Shown here: piece by piece, positions 12,010 through 22,377 of the stretch
Layout: each line of letters begins with the position of its first letter
Numbering within the stretch: position 1 is the stretch's first letter
Sequence record: MG592456.1
Reading direction: 5' to 3' (one strand)
Length of the DNA stretch: 64,000 nucleotides
Notes under the pieces: model-generated
Database searches by the model: none
What the model saw: the letters and a program-made list of their open reading frames with translations, nothing else
Told to the model about the DNA's origin: nothing
Position numbers and translations under genes: made by a program

Positions 12010-13051
12010 TCAGTAGTTAATTTAGATTTATCAATCAAAGCTAAGAAAGTTCGCGGTTGGTGGAGTATGTATGCAGGTGTATCGAAGTTGAATCGTGGCT
12101 TCCGTACCGAAGCTGCTGCTATAGCTGATTACGAGAACAACAAAGAGTTTTATGACTACTGGGCTGGTTCTGCTGGTGTATGCGGTGAGAATTTAACTCC
12201 CGTTATTATTAATGTTTAGTGAGGAAAACAACATGGAATTTTTACAATTTATTTACGCAAATGCTTTAACATTCGACGAAGGGGCGGGACTCATTTCGTG
12301 GGCATCTATCTTTGCTATGATCGGCATAGCTTGGGTTCTGGGGCTTACAGTATGGGAATGGATTGACGATCAGGAGATCGACGCACATGCCTATCTCATT
12401 CCCGTTGCTATCGGCAGTGCTGTCCTTGGGTTTCTCGCGTGGTTTGGTGTGATACTCATTGGTCTATTGTGGACTGGGTTAGTAGCTGCGATTACGTTGT
12501 ATCCGTTACACCTGATTTCCGTTGCGTCGACTGTCGTTCTAATCATCGGGTGTCGTTATATGAGACGGTTACACAAGCTGTTACACAAGCACGCTACCGA
12601 TCCGAAAGCACATACCGAAGGTGCTGCTTCAATGGAGCCGCATACCGAAGATCCTCTAATGCGTAGATGGATGTGATCAGCCATGAACATACGTAATCGT
12701 TTAGCCACTGCTGTTGAAGACTTCCCGTTCATTGATGACAATCCGCAAGAACTGTTCATCGAAGCTCTAGCTGAGATTGAGCGATTGCGTTCTGATTTTG
12801 TCGTGCCTGTTGACATGACGGAAGTACGTGAGTTATATGTGATTGAGGTTAGTGAAGGTGTTTATCTTCATGCGAACCCCACGTATAATTTCAATAGAAC
12901 AGGCACATATCAAACAACAAAGCATTTGAAAGACGCTCGTACGTGGCAAAAGCCAGGTATGTGTGATACGTTTATGCGCAACAACGCTTCTTACCTGAGT
13001 TCGGATTGCCAAATGCGTGTAATAAAAACAACTTATGAATTAAAGGAATAA
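12007..13051 (+). CDS. Hypothetical ORFs 12007-12219, 12232-12676 (multi-pass membrane), 12683-13051
   Basis: ORF track plus hydrophobicity. Confidence 0.7.
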
Positions 13052-13052
13052 C

Positions 13053-13658
13053 ATGAAAACAGTTACTACAGTTACAACAACCGAAACAATCGAAACACCG
13101 AAGATGCAAATCATTGCAGTACTTGATCGAAGCGGGTCTATGGGCTCGATTATGGATGAAGCGCTGGGTGCTTTAAATGCATTTGTCGATGAACAGCGAG
13201 TTGAAGCCGACGCTGATTTCACTTTAGTCGCGTTCGACTATGAGTATAAGCGTGTATTAGACAAAGTTAATATTGTCGATGCTCCGATGGTGACACGTGA
13301 AGACGTATCTCCGCGTGGTATGACTGCGTTATACGATGCTGTGGGCCGAGCTATTAACGAAGCTGATCAAGACCGTCCTACGATTCTGTTGATTCAGACC
13401 GATGGTGTTGACAATATGAGTCGTGAGTTTACGAGTTCACAGATTCAAGCGCTTGTGCAGCACAAAGAATCCAAGTGCGGATGGGATGTGAATTTCATCG
13501 GTGCGGGTTTAGACAAAGCGACTGTTGAAGGTATGAGTCGTGGTATGGGCGTGCAGCATGACAAGACGTTTGCTGTTGCGGCTAGTGCATCAGGTATGGC
13601 TGATCTTGGGGCTACGTTAAGCGCTCGTACAGCGTCATATCGCTCTGAAATAAAATAA
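13053..13658 (+). CDS. von Willebrand factor A (vWA) domain protein
   Basis: MIDAS DRSGSM, TALYDAVG, IQTDG, FIGAG. Confidence 0.85.
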   Translation: MKTVTTVTTTETIETPKMQIIAVLDRSGSMGSIMDEALGALNAFVDEQRVEADADFTLVAFDYEYKRVLDKVNIVDAPMVTREDVSPRGMTALYDAVGRAINEADQDRPTILLIQTDGVDNMSREFTSSQIQALVQHKESKCGWDVNFIGAGLDKATVEGMSRGMGVQHDKTFAVAASASGMADLGATLSARTASYRSEIK

Positions 13659-13671
13659 ATCAATAAAGTGG

Positions 13672-13745
13672 TTGCGTGCTGCTTCGATAAAGCCTACTAT
13701 AGCTCTATCGAAGCAATGACGCTTCTTACTGAGGAAAATATTATG
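13672..13745 (+). promoter_or_regulatory. Early promoter/leader module copy 5
   Basis: TTGCGT-17-TACTAT then AGCTCTATCGAAGC. Confidence 0.8.
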
Positions 13746-14264
13746 AGCAACTTAACTAACATAAAAATGAAAGACATCATCGACTTTGGTTCATCTACTG
13801 TTGAGTACAAAGGTTACGTGCTTACTGCGACTAAAGACGATGACATTGAAATCGTCGCGACTAAAGACGGTGTTGAAGTATTCTCTGTGTTTGCAGCGAC
13901 TATGAACGAAGCTAAGAAGCTTATCGAAGCTGCCATTGTTGAAGTTGCAGAAGAAGTTGCTGAAACAGTTGCAGAAGAAGTTGCTGAAACAGTTGCAGAA
14001 GAAGTTGTTGAAACAGTTGTTGAAGAAGTTGCTAAGCCAGTGCCTACGACTGCTGAGATTGCTCCGAAAGCGAGTAAGGCAGTTCTAGCTCGCCAAGAGA
14101 TTCGCAAAATTGCCGAAGATATTTCGGGAATGACGAACGTTCATTTCGAGACTCGTGGCAAGTACAAAGATTGGTTCATCGTTGCAACTGACAGCGATGG
14201 TAAAGAATTCACACAACGTCTAGATGTATTCCGTAAGAAATTACGTAGTGCTGGTCTGATATAG
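13743..14264 (+). CDS. Early hypothetical protein, paralog of 5785-6309, with acidic repeat linker
   Basis: Shared C-terminal motif; EEVAETVA repeats. Confidence 0.8.
   Translation: MSNLTNIKMKDIIDFGSSTVEYKGYVLTATKDDDIEIVATKDGVEVFSVFAATMNEAKKLIEAAIVEVAEEVAETVAEEVAETVAEEVVETVVEEVAKPVPTTAEIAPKASKAVLARQEIRKIAEDISGMTNVHFETRGKYKDWFIVATDSDGKEFTQRLDVFRKKLRSAGLI
13950..14033 (+). repeat. 24-nt tandem repeat x3.5 (GAAGAAGTTGCTGAAACAGTTGCA)
   Basis: Directly visible; encodes EEVAETVA. Confidence 0.9.
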
Positions 14265-14271
14265 GGTTAAT

Positions 14272-14961
14272 ATGAAATATTTTATCGTGAAGTTAGCAAA
14301 TGATGCATATGTCGGGGCTGATGGTGAGAGAGTAATACGCTCTCTAGCAGCACGGTTCGATCAAGACACTGTGATGGATTCAATGCTCATGTATAATGGT
14401 ATAGCGATTGAGCCATCACCCGTAAATAGCCATCCCTCGATTGCTCAAGCAATGAAAGTTCTTACTGCTGAAATGCAAGATACCGAGCTGGGTAGTTATG
14501 CTCATAGTTGGCATTGCAATTTAGCAATGTCGTTCTATGACGAGTTATGCAGTACTGGGATTTCTCATAAAGCTGCACATAAGATAGCTAACAATGGAGC
14601 AACTCGTTTTATGAAGCTATGTTTCGGTGTGTCTACATCGAATGAGCCTCAAGCGCCTGCACGGAAAGAGAAGAAGTATGAAAGACCGCATCATATATTA
14701 ACAATTCATCATGCTAATGAAACATATGCTGCCAAAGTGTCGAAGTGTTCAACTACGGGTTCAGCAGGTAAAATGTTGTACGTTAGTGTGGTGATGGTGG
14801 GTAAACCTGAAATTCACTTTGAATTGCCGCTTGGTGATTTAGGGTCGCCTGTTACGAGTACAGACGGCCGTTATATATTAGCGCGAAGTAGTGGGAAGAA
14901 CCACGATGTGTTTGATCATTTAATAGCAGATGCATTTCGCGAACTGTGTAAGGAATTATAA
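14272..14961 (+). CDS. Hypothetical protein with central SYAHSWHCNLAM...RFMKLCFGV segment
   Basis: ORF track; motif recalled from other phage hypotheticals, function unknown. Confidence 0.65.
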   Translation: MKYFIVKLANDAYVGADGERVIRSLAARFDQDTVMDSMLMYNGIAIEPSPVNSHPSIAQAMKVLTAEMQDTELGSYAHSWHCNLAMSFYDELCSTGISHKAAHKIANNGATRFMKLCFGVSTSNEPQAPARKEKKYERPHHILTIHHANETYAAKVSKCSTTGSAGKMLYVSVVMVGKPEIHFELPLGDLGSPVTSTDGRYILARSSGKNHDVFDHLIADAFRELCKEL

Positions 14962-15545
14962 TGGCAAAATTATATTACACCTTTTCAACGATGAATGCCG
15001 GTAAGAGTGCTCAACTATTACAAGCGGCTCATAACTACGAGCAGAATGGTAATACTGTATGGTATTTTAATTTTATTGGTGATACACGCCACGGTATTGG
15101 TAAGATATCGAGCCGGATTGGTTTGGAGCACAGTGCAGTTATGTTTGATGCTGACTTTGACTTCATTCAGTATTTTATTGCCAACGACAACGATTGGCCA
15201 TCAGCGATTTTCGTTGATGAATGTCAGTTCTTAACGGGTGATCAAGTGCTACAACTGGCTAGTATTGTTGACAATCAGTCGGTGCCGGTATTGTGTTATG
15301 GCATACGTAATGATTACATGGGGCAGTTATTCCCGGGTTCTAGTCATTTGCTATGTCATGCCGATGAAATCCGTGAGATTAAGACGATGTGTTGCCATCC
15401 GGGGTGTCAGAAGAAAGCGACTCATATTGCGTTGCACATTAATGATCAGCGCGTCTATCAAGGTGATCAAACCTTCATTGGCGATACGGAATACCGTTCG
15501 CTATGTCGTAACCATTTCATGCAGGGTTTACATGAACATATTTAA
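14961..15545 (+). CDS. tk: Thymidine kinase (T4 Tk / bacterial Tdk type)
   Basis: STMNAGKS P-loop, IFVDECQFL, CYGIRNDY.GQLFPGS, EIKTMC. Confidence 0.95.
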   Translation: MAKLYYTFSTMNAGKSAQLLQAAHNYEQNGNTVWYFNFIGDTRHGIGKISSRIGLEHSAVMFDADFDFIQYFIANDNDWPSAIFVDECQFLTGDQVLQLASIVDNQSVPVLCYGIRNDYMGQLFPGSSHLLCHADEIREIKTMCCHPGCQKKATHIALHINDQRVYQGDQTFIGDTEYRSLCRNHFMQGLHEHI

Positions 15546-15951
15546 GCAAATCTTCAATAAAGTAGGGGCTTGGATGAGCGGCGAACCAGCGGAAGTTGAG
15601 AACCCGACATCAGATCTAAGTGTTGAAGAGCTATTCGTTGGCGAGCATCGCGATCATACGTATAAGATCTCTATTAAAGAATTTGGTGTTTATGGATGGG
15701 CTCTACAGTTGAACATTACGTTGTACCATACTGACGGCACATCATATGAGTTCAAAGAATACTTAGCCTTGAGTACCTGCACTACATACATGACGCCAAA
15801 GTATGTTGTGTTGAATTGCCTTCATCACGACCGTGATCTTGTGCTGCGTAACTTAGAAACGGCGAAGGAATACTGTCGCGGCTACATTGATACCAGTATC
15901 AAGGTGAATTCTCGAACCGAGATCGAAAACGCGATTGAAAAAATGTTATAA
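15532..15951 (+). CDS. Hypothetical protein
   Basis: True start probably ATG 15532 rather than 15238. Confidence 0.65.
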   Translation: MNIFKQIFNKVGAWMSGEPAEVENPTSDLSVEELFVGEHRDHTYKISIKEFGVYGWALQLNITLYHTDGTSYEFKEYLALSTCTTYMTPKYVVLNCLHHDRDLVLRNLETAKEYCRGYIDTSIKVNSRTEIENAIEKML

Positions 15952-15979
15952 AAAAAGCCTCTTAATTGAGGCTTTTTTT
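15951..15979 (+). terminator. Intrinsic terminator
   Basis: AAGCCTC-ttaatt-GAGGCTT followed by a T-run. Confidence 0.85.
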
Positions 15980-16047
15980 GGTTTGTGTATTGACATCACT
16001 CACGCATGGATGTAATATGTACGTATTGAAACAACATTGAGAACAAT

Positions 16048-18128
16048 ATGAACAAATTTACAGAGAGTCAATTGAACTGGTTGCACACTAGCCTTGGCAA
16101 GAGCTTTGCTGTTGTTGCTAATGGTGTAGTTACTAATGCTCACACAGGCGAGATTATCCCATCGAGTCTTCTGTATCAGTACAGCAATCCACGTAAGGAT
16201 GGTCAGTACGAGTTGTGTGAAATGACTTGTGGCGGTAGCCTCACGAATGGCAGAGGTGGAAAATTCAAAGACACGCCTGAAAATCGCGAGAAGTTTCAGT
16301 GTAGAATTGGTCGTAGAGCACCGAAGTGTACTGCGTATTCGCCATCTAAGTGTGCGATCTATCAACTTGAACAAATTGGACGATACAGTGAAAGTATCAG
16401 CATTGACAAGCTTATTGCACTTGCAAACGTATCATAAACGAAATCGGGATTATTATGAAACAAGTTTTATACTATCAGTGTGAGTTATGCGGGTTTCACT
16501 CTGAAGATGACTTCCCAAACATTAGAGGTTAGCATGGCATACGGATTTAAAACAAAAGCGTATTACTGGGCAATGCCAAAGTCGTTAAATGCGAAGAGTT
16601 TTTGCCCGACAAGCCCGACGATAGTATTGGTAACAACGGGCGAGAAGAAGATTTATTCAGTTGCAAGTGGTCATTTCTTCTATGTGAATGACTTTGAATT
16701 CGGGGAGTCACCCGAGCCGCTTGAAATACCGAGTGAATTTGTTAAAATTATTGAAAATAACCCATTACAGGACATTTAAAAATTATGAAATCTAAAACCC
16801 CAAATCGCCAAGTTGAGATTGTTCAAGCCTTAGCTGGTATTTTCGCGCCATCCGCCAATGAGATTGCGCAATACTTGTATCAAGTGAGCGATCGCAAAAC
16901 AAAGCTCACTTCTATCCGTCGTTCTACGAACAAAAAACTTAATGACGGTGTATTGAGCGATGATTTATCTCGTTTCAAAGGCGCAGCTCCATCGAGCAAG
17001 TCCTGTTCGCGTTTCACAACTCGTGCGTATGCAGAATCGATTGGTATCAATTCAATTGACATCGGCACACGTCCATCGGTCTTACATACAGGTAACTTTG
17101 CTCGTATTAGAACGTGTTTATCTGCGTTATATGGCTCTGGTATTGCGGTGAATTTATCTGACCTTGATGGTACAGTGAATCTTCTACTTGCGTTTATTGA
17201 AACTTCCAGTATAATCGAAGCTCAAGAACTTAGACAGTGTGAGTCATATAAGATGCACGCTAAGTTAAACGCTCGTGAAGTTGTTAGAGATCAACTAGGT
17301 CGTCTATCAGACAACACAATCAATTTAGCCGACATGAAAGTCGATTTGGGAGAATAGCATGAAAGTTGTAACTGCTAGTAAGTCATTCAAAGACGTTCGA
17401 ATGAATTCAGTGGGTGTGATCGTAAACGAATCTGCATCTACTGTGCATGTATATTGGATCGGCGCCGATGTAATCATGACATATAAAACTGGGCATGTTG
17501 CACTCGCCTTTAGCCCAACTGATGACCAAGGCGACATCTTAGTGGCGAAGCACCATGAAATGATTGCAGCCAATGCGTATGAAGCGTTCAAGAATGTTCG
17601 CCGAGCTAGTCAACGCAAGAGCAAGGCAGAAGCTCGTCAACGCAAGAACGGTGCTAAACTGCATAGTCCTACGCCACAACTTGACTTACGTACCCCTGCT
17701 GGGTCGTTCCAGCATATCATGATGTGTGAAGATGGTGCATTAACCCCATTGAATCGCATGAACGCCTATGCAGGTCTGACTGAATTCGTCAACACATTCT
17801 CTCGCCGTTACAATGTCGAGATATATCTTGATGGCCCGGGCGCTGCGGAAATCGAACAAATGCCCGATGATATTAACGAAGCATTGAATGCTCTGCGTAA
17901 GCTCGGTCTAACGAAAGACGAATTAGTGGCGATGTTATGAAATTAAGAAAGAGAGATCGAGCAGCACGGTTATTGCTCGTGATATTGTTGAAATTACGAT
18001 GGGGGTATTTTCATGTTCACCCGTCGTACATGAAATTCTACATGAACAACGAGTCAGATTCCGCGCATTTTCAACACACGCGCACTGGTCAATTGTACAT
18101 CAACTACAATCTGGAGAATACAAAATGA
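16048..18128 (+). CDS. Hypothetical ORFs 16048-16437 (Cys-rich), ~16480-16779, 16785-17357, 17359-17940, 17937-18128
   Basis: Plus-strand tiling downstream of TTGACA at 15990-15995. Confidence 0.65.
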
Positions 18129-18652
18129 AGTTTCATAGAATTACACATTACGTAGCCCATTCGTTTGAACATGAGCCGAGTTTTATTATCGACTTGAAAG
18201 ATGATGCAGATGAAATCCATTCATTCATTAGCAATGGTTGTCAGTTCGTGCCGTTTACTGAAGAAGCCATGTTGGGGCTGAGACGTGAGTTTGAATGTGG
18301 TCGAGAACTCGACAAGCTACTAGATAGCCCGATTCAATCTCATGACGTTGTAACAGATCTATCATGGGCGTTCGATGGGGCAGGCGGTTTGCTTACTGAG
18401 TTTGTGGGTGACTTCCCGAATTGTAATGAAATGGCTGGCGTGTTCTTCAATTGCCACTTGCTTGAAACGCTGCACATCACAGTCGGTGCATTATTACATA
18501 GACGTTTTCCGCGCATGTTTGAGGGGTGTCACAGTCTGAACGACCGAGTCGGGGCCGCGACTGCGCTCAAACGCGACCGAGAATTGAAAATTGGTGAGGT
18601 TGGTGCTGCTAAAAAACGACGCCAAGTTGCGCCATTAGTGGTTAATATCTAA
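18125..18652 (+). CDS. Hypothetical protein, paralog of 19030-19527
   Basis: MKF..TH.VA.SF...PSF.ID....SF.SNGCQFVP.T....F.C.R.LDKLL.SPI.SHD shared; LRR-like F..C..L remnants. Confidence 0.8.
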   Translation: MKFHRITHYVAHSFEHEPSFIIDLKDDADEIHSFISNGCQFVPFTEEAMLGLRREFECGRELDKLLDSPIQSHDVVTDLSWAFDGAGGLLTEFVGDFPNCNEMAGVFFNCHLLETLHITVGALLHRRFPRMFEGCHSLNDRVGAATALKRDRELKIGEVGAAKKRRQVAPLVVNI

Positions 18653-18660
18653 CAAATCGC

Positions 18661-18722
18661 TTTACAACATCGTTTCGATAGTGTTACTATAGCTCTATCG
18701 AAACGAAACAGAGAATATTATG
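18661..18722 (+). promoter_or_regulatory. Early promoter/leader module copy 6
   Basis: TTTACA-18-TACTAT then AGCTCTATCGAAACGAAACAGAGAATATTATG. Confidence 0.85.
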
Positions 18723-19028
18723 AATATCACACCAGAAATGCAAACAAGTTTAGCGGTATACAACGACTGGATCAATCGCGGTTGTTTTAACAGACAACAA
18801 ACTGAGCCAGAGCCTGAAAATTTATGGCCTGAGATCATTGCTGAAATGGTCGCTGCAATGCCAGCGCATTCACACGCTCAAGAAATCTGTATCGATTATG
18901 TTGATTCAGATTACACGGGTGACTTTTATGATCACTTGCGTGGCTACGGGTTGTCAAGCTTTGAAGCTCACGATTTCATCGTTGCACTTAAACCGTTTGC
19001 TATCTTACGTCAATTCTCGGGAGTTTAA
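18720..19028 (+). CDS. Early hypothetical protein
   Basis: Directly behind leader copy 6. Confidence 0.75.
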   Translation: MNITPEMQTSLAVYNDWINRGCFNRQQTEPEPENLWPEIIAEMVAAMPAHSHAQEICIDYVDSDYTGDFYDHLRGYGLSSFEAHDFIVALKPFAILRQFSGV

Positions 19029-19029
19029 T

Positions 19030-19527
19030 ATGAAATTCATGAAAGTTACACACTTCGTCGCACGTTCTTTCGGTCGCAAACCTTCGTTCGTCATCGATAT
19101 GCTAATGGATGATGGCACTACAATGTCATTCGTTAGTAATGGGTGTCAGTTTGTTCCTAATACGACAGAAGATCTTGGTGACCTAATGTGGAAGTTCAAG
19201 TGTGAGCGTCAACTTGATAAACTACTAGCCAGTCCGATTGAGTCTCACGATGAAATCACCAAAACGGACGATATGTTTAATGGCTCATATACACATGTCG
19301 AATCACTAACTGAATTCCACGGTCAGTTTAAAAACGCAACATGCGCGGCTGGGATGTTTGCCGAATGTGATGAATTAGAGAAGCTTGAGCTATCCATGCC
19401 AATGGTCAAGGCCAATCTCTACATGTTTGACGATTGTTTCGAGCTTATCGACATCGAAAAGGTGTCGCAAGAAGATTTAGAAGAGGGATTCCTCAACAGC
19501 AAATACATTTCAATTGGATATGATTAA
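19030..19527 (+). CDS. Hypothetical protein, paralog of 18125-18652
   Basis: See paralog; ATG 19030. Confidence 0.8.
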   Translation: MKFMKVTHFVARSFGRKPSFVIDMLMDDGTTMSFVSNGCQFVPNTTEDLGDLMWKFKCERQLDKLLASPIESHDEITKTDDMFNGSYTHVESLTEFHGQFKNATCAAGMFAECDELEKLELSMPMVKANLYMFDDCFELIDIEKVSQEDLEEGFLNSKYISIGYD

Positions 19528-19532
19528 AATGC

Positions 19533-19599
19533 TGTACATGCGTTTCAATATAGCCTATCATAGCTTTATTGAAACGCAACTTACAGAGAACATTATGAC
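19533..19599 (+). promoter_or_regulatory. Early promoter/leader module copy 7
   Basis: TGTACA-17-TATCAT then AGCTTTATTGAAACGCAACTTACAGAGAACATTATGAC, identical leader to copy 2. Confidence 0.85.
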
Positions 19600-20047
19600 T
19601 TTCAACTACGAACTAGCTCTACAACATCTTACCCAATCAAACAACCCAATCAATCGTTTAACTGCTATGATTGGTGCGAAGAACTTTGCACGTTCTGACA
19701 ACTCAGTCTCTTTCAAATTCCCTGCTACAAACGGTGTTAACTACGCTAAGATTACTTTAGTCAATGACTTGTACAACATTGAACTTGGTAAAATCTCAAA
19801 CAAAGCTGACCCTGAAATGAAAAAACTCGGTCTCAAGGTTATGATTCCTCATTACAAAGTTGTTACTACCATCGAAGGCTGCTTTTGCGACACAATGAAA
19901 TCATCTTTCGAAAGCGTAACTGGGTTATATTTAAGTCTTTAGGAGACGATTATGAATGCTCACACTGAACTATTCAAACGATTAGAAATCTGTTCTTACT
20001 TGGGTTACCCGCCATTCATGGCATACAATGAAAAATATTGGGATTAG
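19595..20047 (+). CDS. Early hypothetical protein 19595-19942 and 31-aa ORF 19952-20047
   Basis: MIGAKNF...ITL..DLY.IE...FESVTGLYLSL resembles a widespread phage hypothetical; small ORF has AGGAG RBS. Confidence 0.7.
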
Positions 20048-20057
20048 TGCCATAAAG

Positions 20058-20127
20058 TGCTTGCTATTATCACCACGATAGGTGATAATAGCTCTATTGA
20101 AACGCAACTTACAGAGAACATTATGAC
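20058..20127 (+). promoter_or_regulatory. Early promoter/leader module copy 8
   Basis: TTGCTA-17-GATAAT; ~70-nt near-identity with copy 9. Confidence 0.85.
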
Positions 20128-20413
20128 AATATTAGTAGCTAAAGCAAAAAATGGTTTAATCGGCGTCGTACTTGCACCAGTTGCAATAACCAACGATTGG
20201 AAAAGAATGCAAACTATTGCGCCAAAGATTAATGAGCAATGGTTCAACTTTCGCCCGTTCGGTGGTGGTAGCATGAGCGTTCAATTATCTACTGTTGAAG
20301 TTATTGGTTCTATATCTGCTGAAGATGCAATCAATCGATACAACGATGAATGTGAGTACAATCACATGAAAGCACCATTCAAAGCTACAATTTTAGAATT
20401 AACATCAAAATAA
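20123..20413 (+). CDS. Early hypothetical protein
   Basis: Behind leader copy 8. Confidence 0.75.
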   Translation: MTILVAKAKNGLIGVVLAPVAITNDWKRMQTIAPKINEQWFNFRPFGGGSMSVQLSTVEVIGSISAEDAINRYNDECEYNHMKAPFKATILELTSK

Positions 20414-20483
20414 TGCTTGCTATTATCACTGCAATCGCCGATAATAGCTTTATTGAAACGCAACTTACAGAGAACATTATGAC
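20414..20483 (+). promoter_or_regulatory. Early promoter/leader module copy 9
   Basis: TTGCTA-17-GATAAT then AGCTTTATTGAAACGCAACTTACAGAGAACATTATGAC. Confidence 0.85.
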
Positions 20484-21938
20484 TAACGCAACTTACACAA
20501 CTGAACAAATCATCTTGAATTTGATTGCTTCACTTTGCCCAAATGATAAAATCACCAAAGGCAACATCCAGAAGGTTCGCTTGCAGTATATGACGCAGCC
20601 TGAATTGTTCTCTCAAGAAGTTCGCATTGAACTTTCATCAGTATGCTCTGTTGCTGAACGTCAACTTGAACGTCGTGCTGCCAATCGCCCTACGTTTAGC
20701 GCGAAAGCTAAAAGTTATTTGAACTTTGATTGGAACAACATTCCTGGTTGTATTGGCTTTGAACGTGTAAATGTAGAGGTTTAAAATGAATTCACGTAAA
20801 TTCTTAGGCGGAATGATGATCATCGCTGGCGCTGCAATGTTTTCAGTTTCAATTATTAATATAATCGATATAAACACTCGCCCCGATGTTAGTAGCGTTT
20901 CGAACTTACCTGAGACGGCGAGCTTAGTTTATGTCCCGATGAAGTCGCCCCCAGTCGAACTTGAATTTACCGGCTTTAAGGTTGGTCAAGTTTGGTATGC
21001 ACGGTCAGTTGACGAATGGGGTGATGTGAGTTCAAGTTCAGTTCAAATCACGAGACTCAATGATGATCTCACGCGAGTAAAATACAAACACATTATTATT
21101 AACGATAAAAACATCACTACGGGAGCTGAGTGGGATATGTCAACTAGACAATTCAAAAATGGTTACATATTGGTCGCTGAACCCTTGACATCTGAAAATA
21201 GTATACTAACCCATGATAGAGTGCTCGATTTAAAAGAACGAAGAGGGAACAAATAATGTTTTTAGAATTACTAAGCAAATACGCTGCGATAATTATGTTG
21301 ACTGCAATGTTTGTAAACGCCTTGACGGTGCCATTTCTATCTACCTGCGGTCGTGTTATCAATTTCGCGTTCGATGCGGGCATTGACTTCGAAAAGGCAA
21401 TCGTCAAACTTCAACGTGTTAAAGGTGGGTGGATCGCATCGGTAACGGATATGCATGATGCATGGCTTGTGTGGTTTGTGATAGATGTGCTAATGATAGG
21501 CATTATCGGGACGATATTAGTCGAACTTACTGCCCCCTGCCTGGGATTCTGGTTATTACTACCGCTATTACCGGTCATGATTCGCTTAATCATTGAATTC
21601 TTCAAACTATTAGACCGTATATTCGGGTTTTAGCGAAAATGAGAACTGAAATTAATCACTACTTTAATAGGACAAATACGCCAATGGACATCACACAATT
21701 ATCTGATGACGATTTACAAAACGAGATTAACCGTCGAGCAAAAGAAGCTGCTAAATTCCCTAGTGTTATTCTTACTGAGGAAGACACAGAATCAGTCATC
21801 CAAGGGCTTGAGCAACTTGCGATGGGTTATCTCGACGACGAGAGACGTGGCAATGAGATTGAAACTCAGTGGGCATATGAATTCGTAATGGTTTCTGTGT
21901 TCGGCACCGATGTATTCGAACGCATGAATAAGCTGTAA
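20479..21938 (+). CDS. Hypothetical ORFs 20479-20784, 20786-21256 (N-terminal TM), 21256-21633 (membrane), ~21639-21938
   Basis: Tiling; hydrophobicity. Confidence 0.7.
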
Positions 21939-21950
21939 AGTAGTACAATC

Positions 21951-21978
21951 AAAAAGCCGACAATTAGTCGGCTTTTTT
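21951..21978 (+). terminator. Intrinsic terminator
   Basis: AGCCGAC-aatta-GTCGGCT followed by a T-run. Confidence 0.85.
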
Positions 21979-22009
21979 GTGCGTGTAACAATATCGCAAC
22001 AACTCCCTG

Positions 22010-22017
22010 TATAAATA
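22010..22017 (+). promoter_or_regulatory. T4-type late promoter
   Basis: Exact TATAAATA, 28 nt before ATG 22046. Confidence 0.8.
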
Positions 22018-22045
22018 CCCGTAGCAATTGCAAAAGGGAGGCTTT

Positions 22046-22375
22046 ATGAAAAAGCTATTATTTGCTGCACTGTTAATGTGCAGTTTCCCGGTATTGGCAC
22101 ACTTACATAGCGACGTGCGCGAGAAAGAAATCGTCTCGTACTCGGACAAAACCGACGCATCAATTGAATTAACGAACTTATATCCGTTCGGCATTGATTT
22201 CGCGGTGACTGTAAATGGTGTCTATCGAGGGAACACAGGGGAGTTTGCGCCAGATGAAGCAGACCATATTCACGTAATGTTAGAAACGTCAGAACCCGGG
22301 GTCAAAGTGCATCGAGTTTGCACCGAATCTGTATCAGCGTTTGTATGCAGTACATTTTGGACGAAGAGGTATTAA
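22046..22375 (+). CDS. Secreted beta-rich protein, putative pilus-chaperone-like
   Basis: Sec signal MKKLLFAALLMCSFPVLA; C-terminal C...C pair; GGGAGG RBS. Confidence 0.55.
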   Translation: MKKLLFAALLMCSFPVLAHLHSDVREKEIVSYSDKTDASIELTNLYPFGIDFAVTVNGVYRGNTGEFAPDEADHIHVMLETSEPGVKVHRVCTESVSAFVCSTFWTKRY

Positions 22376-22377
22376 AC

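Noticed and set aside
3585-14107. Long antisense ORFs (e.g. 3585-3977, 5835-6212, 13814-14107) and similar shadows over later genes
   Set aside because: They overlap well-supported opposite-strand genes, lack an RBS or promoter, and reflect codon bias or repeats
15238-15531. N-terminal extension of ORF 15238-15951
   Set aside because: It overlaps tk in another frame; ATG 15532 gives normal coupling
19533-20483. Possible CRISPR array from near-identical ~38-nt repeats
   Set aside because: Spacing is hundreds of nt to kb, the spacers are whole genes, the repeats carry -35/-10 boxes and an RBS, and there are no cas genes
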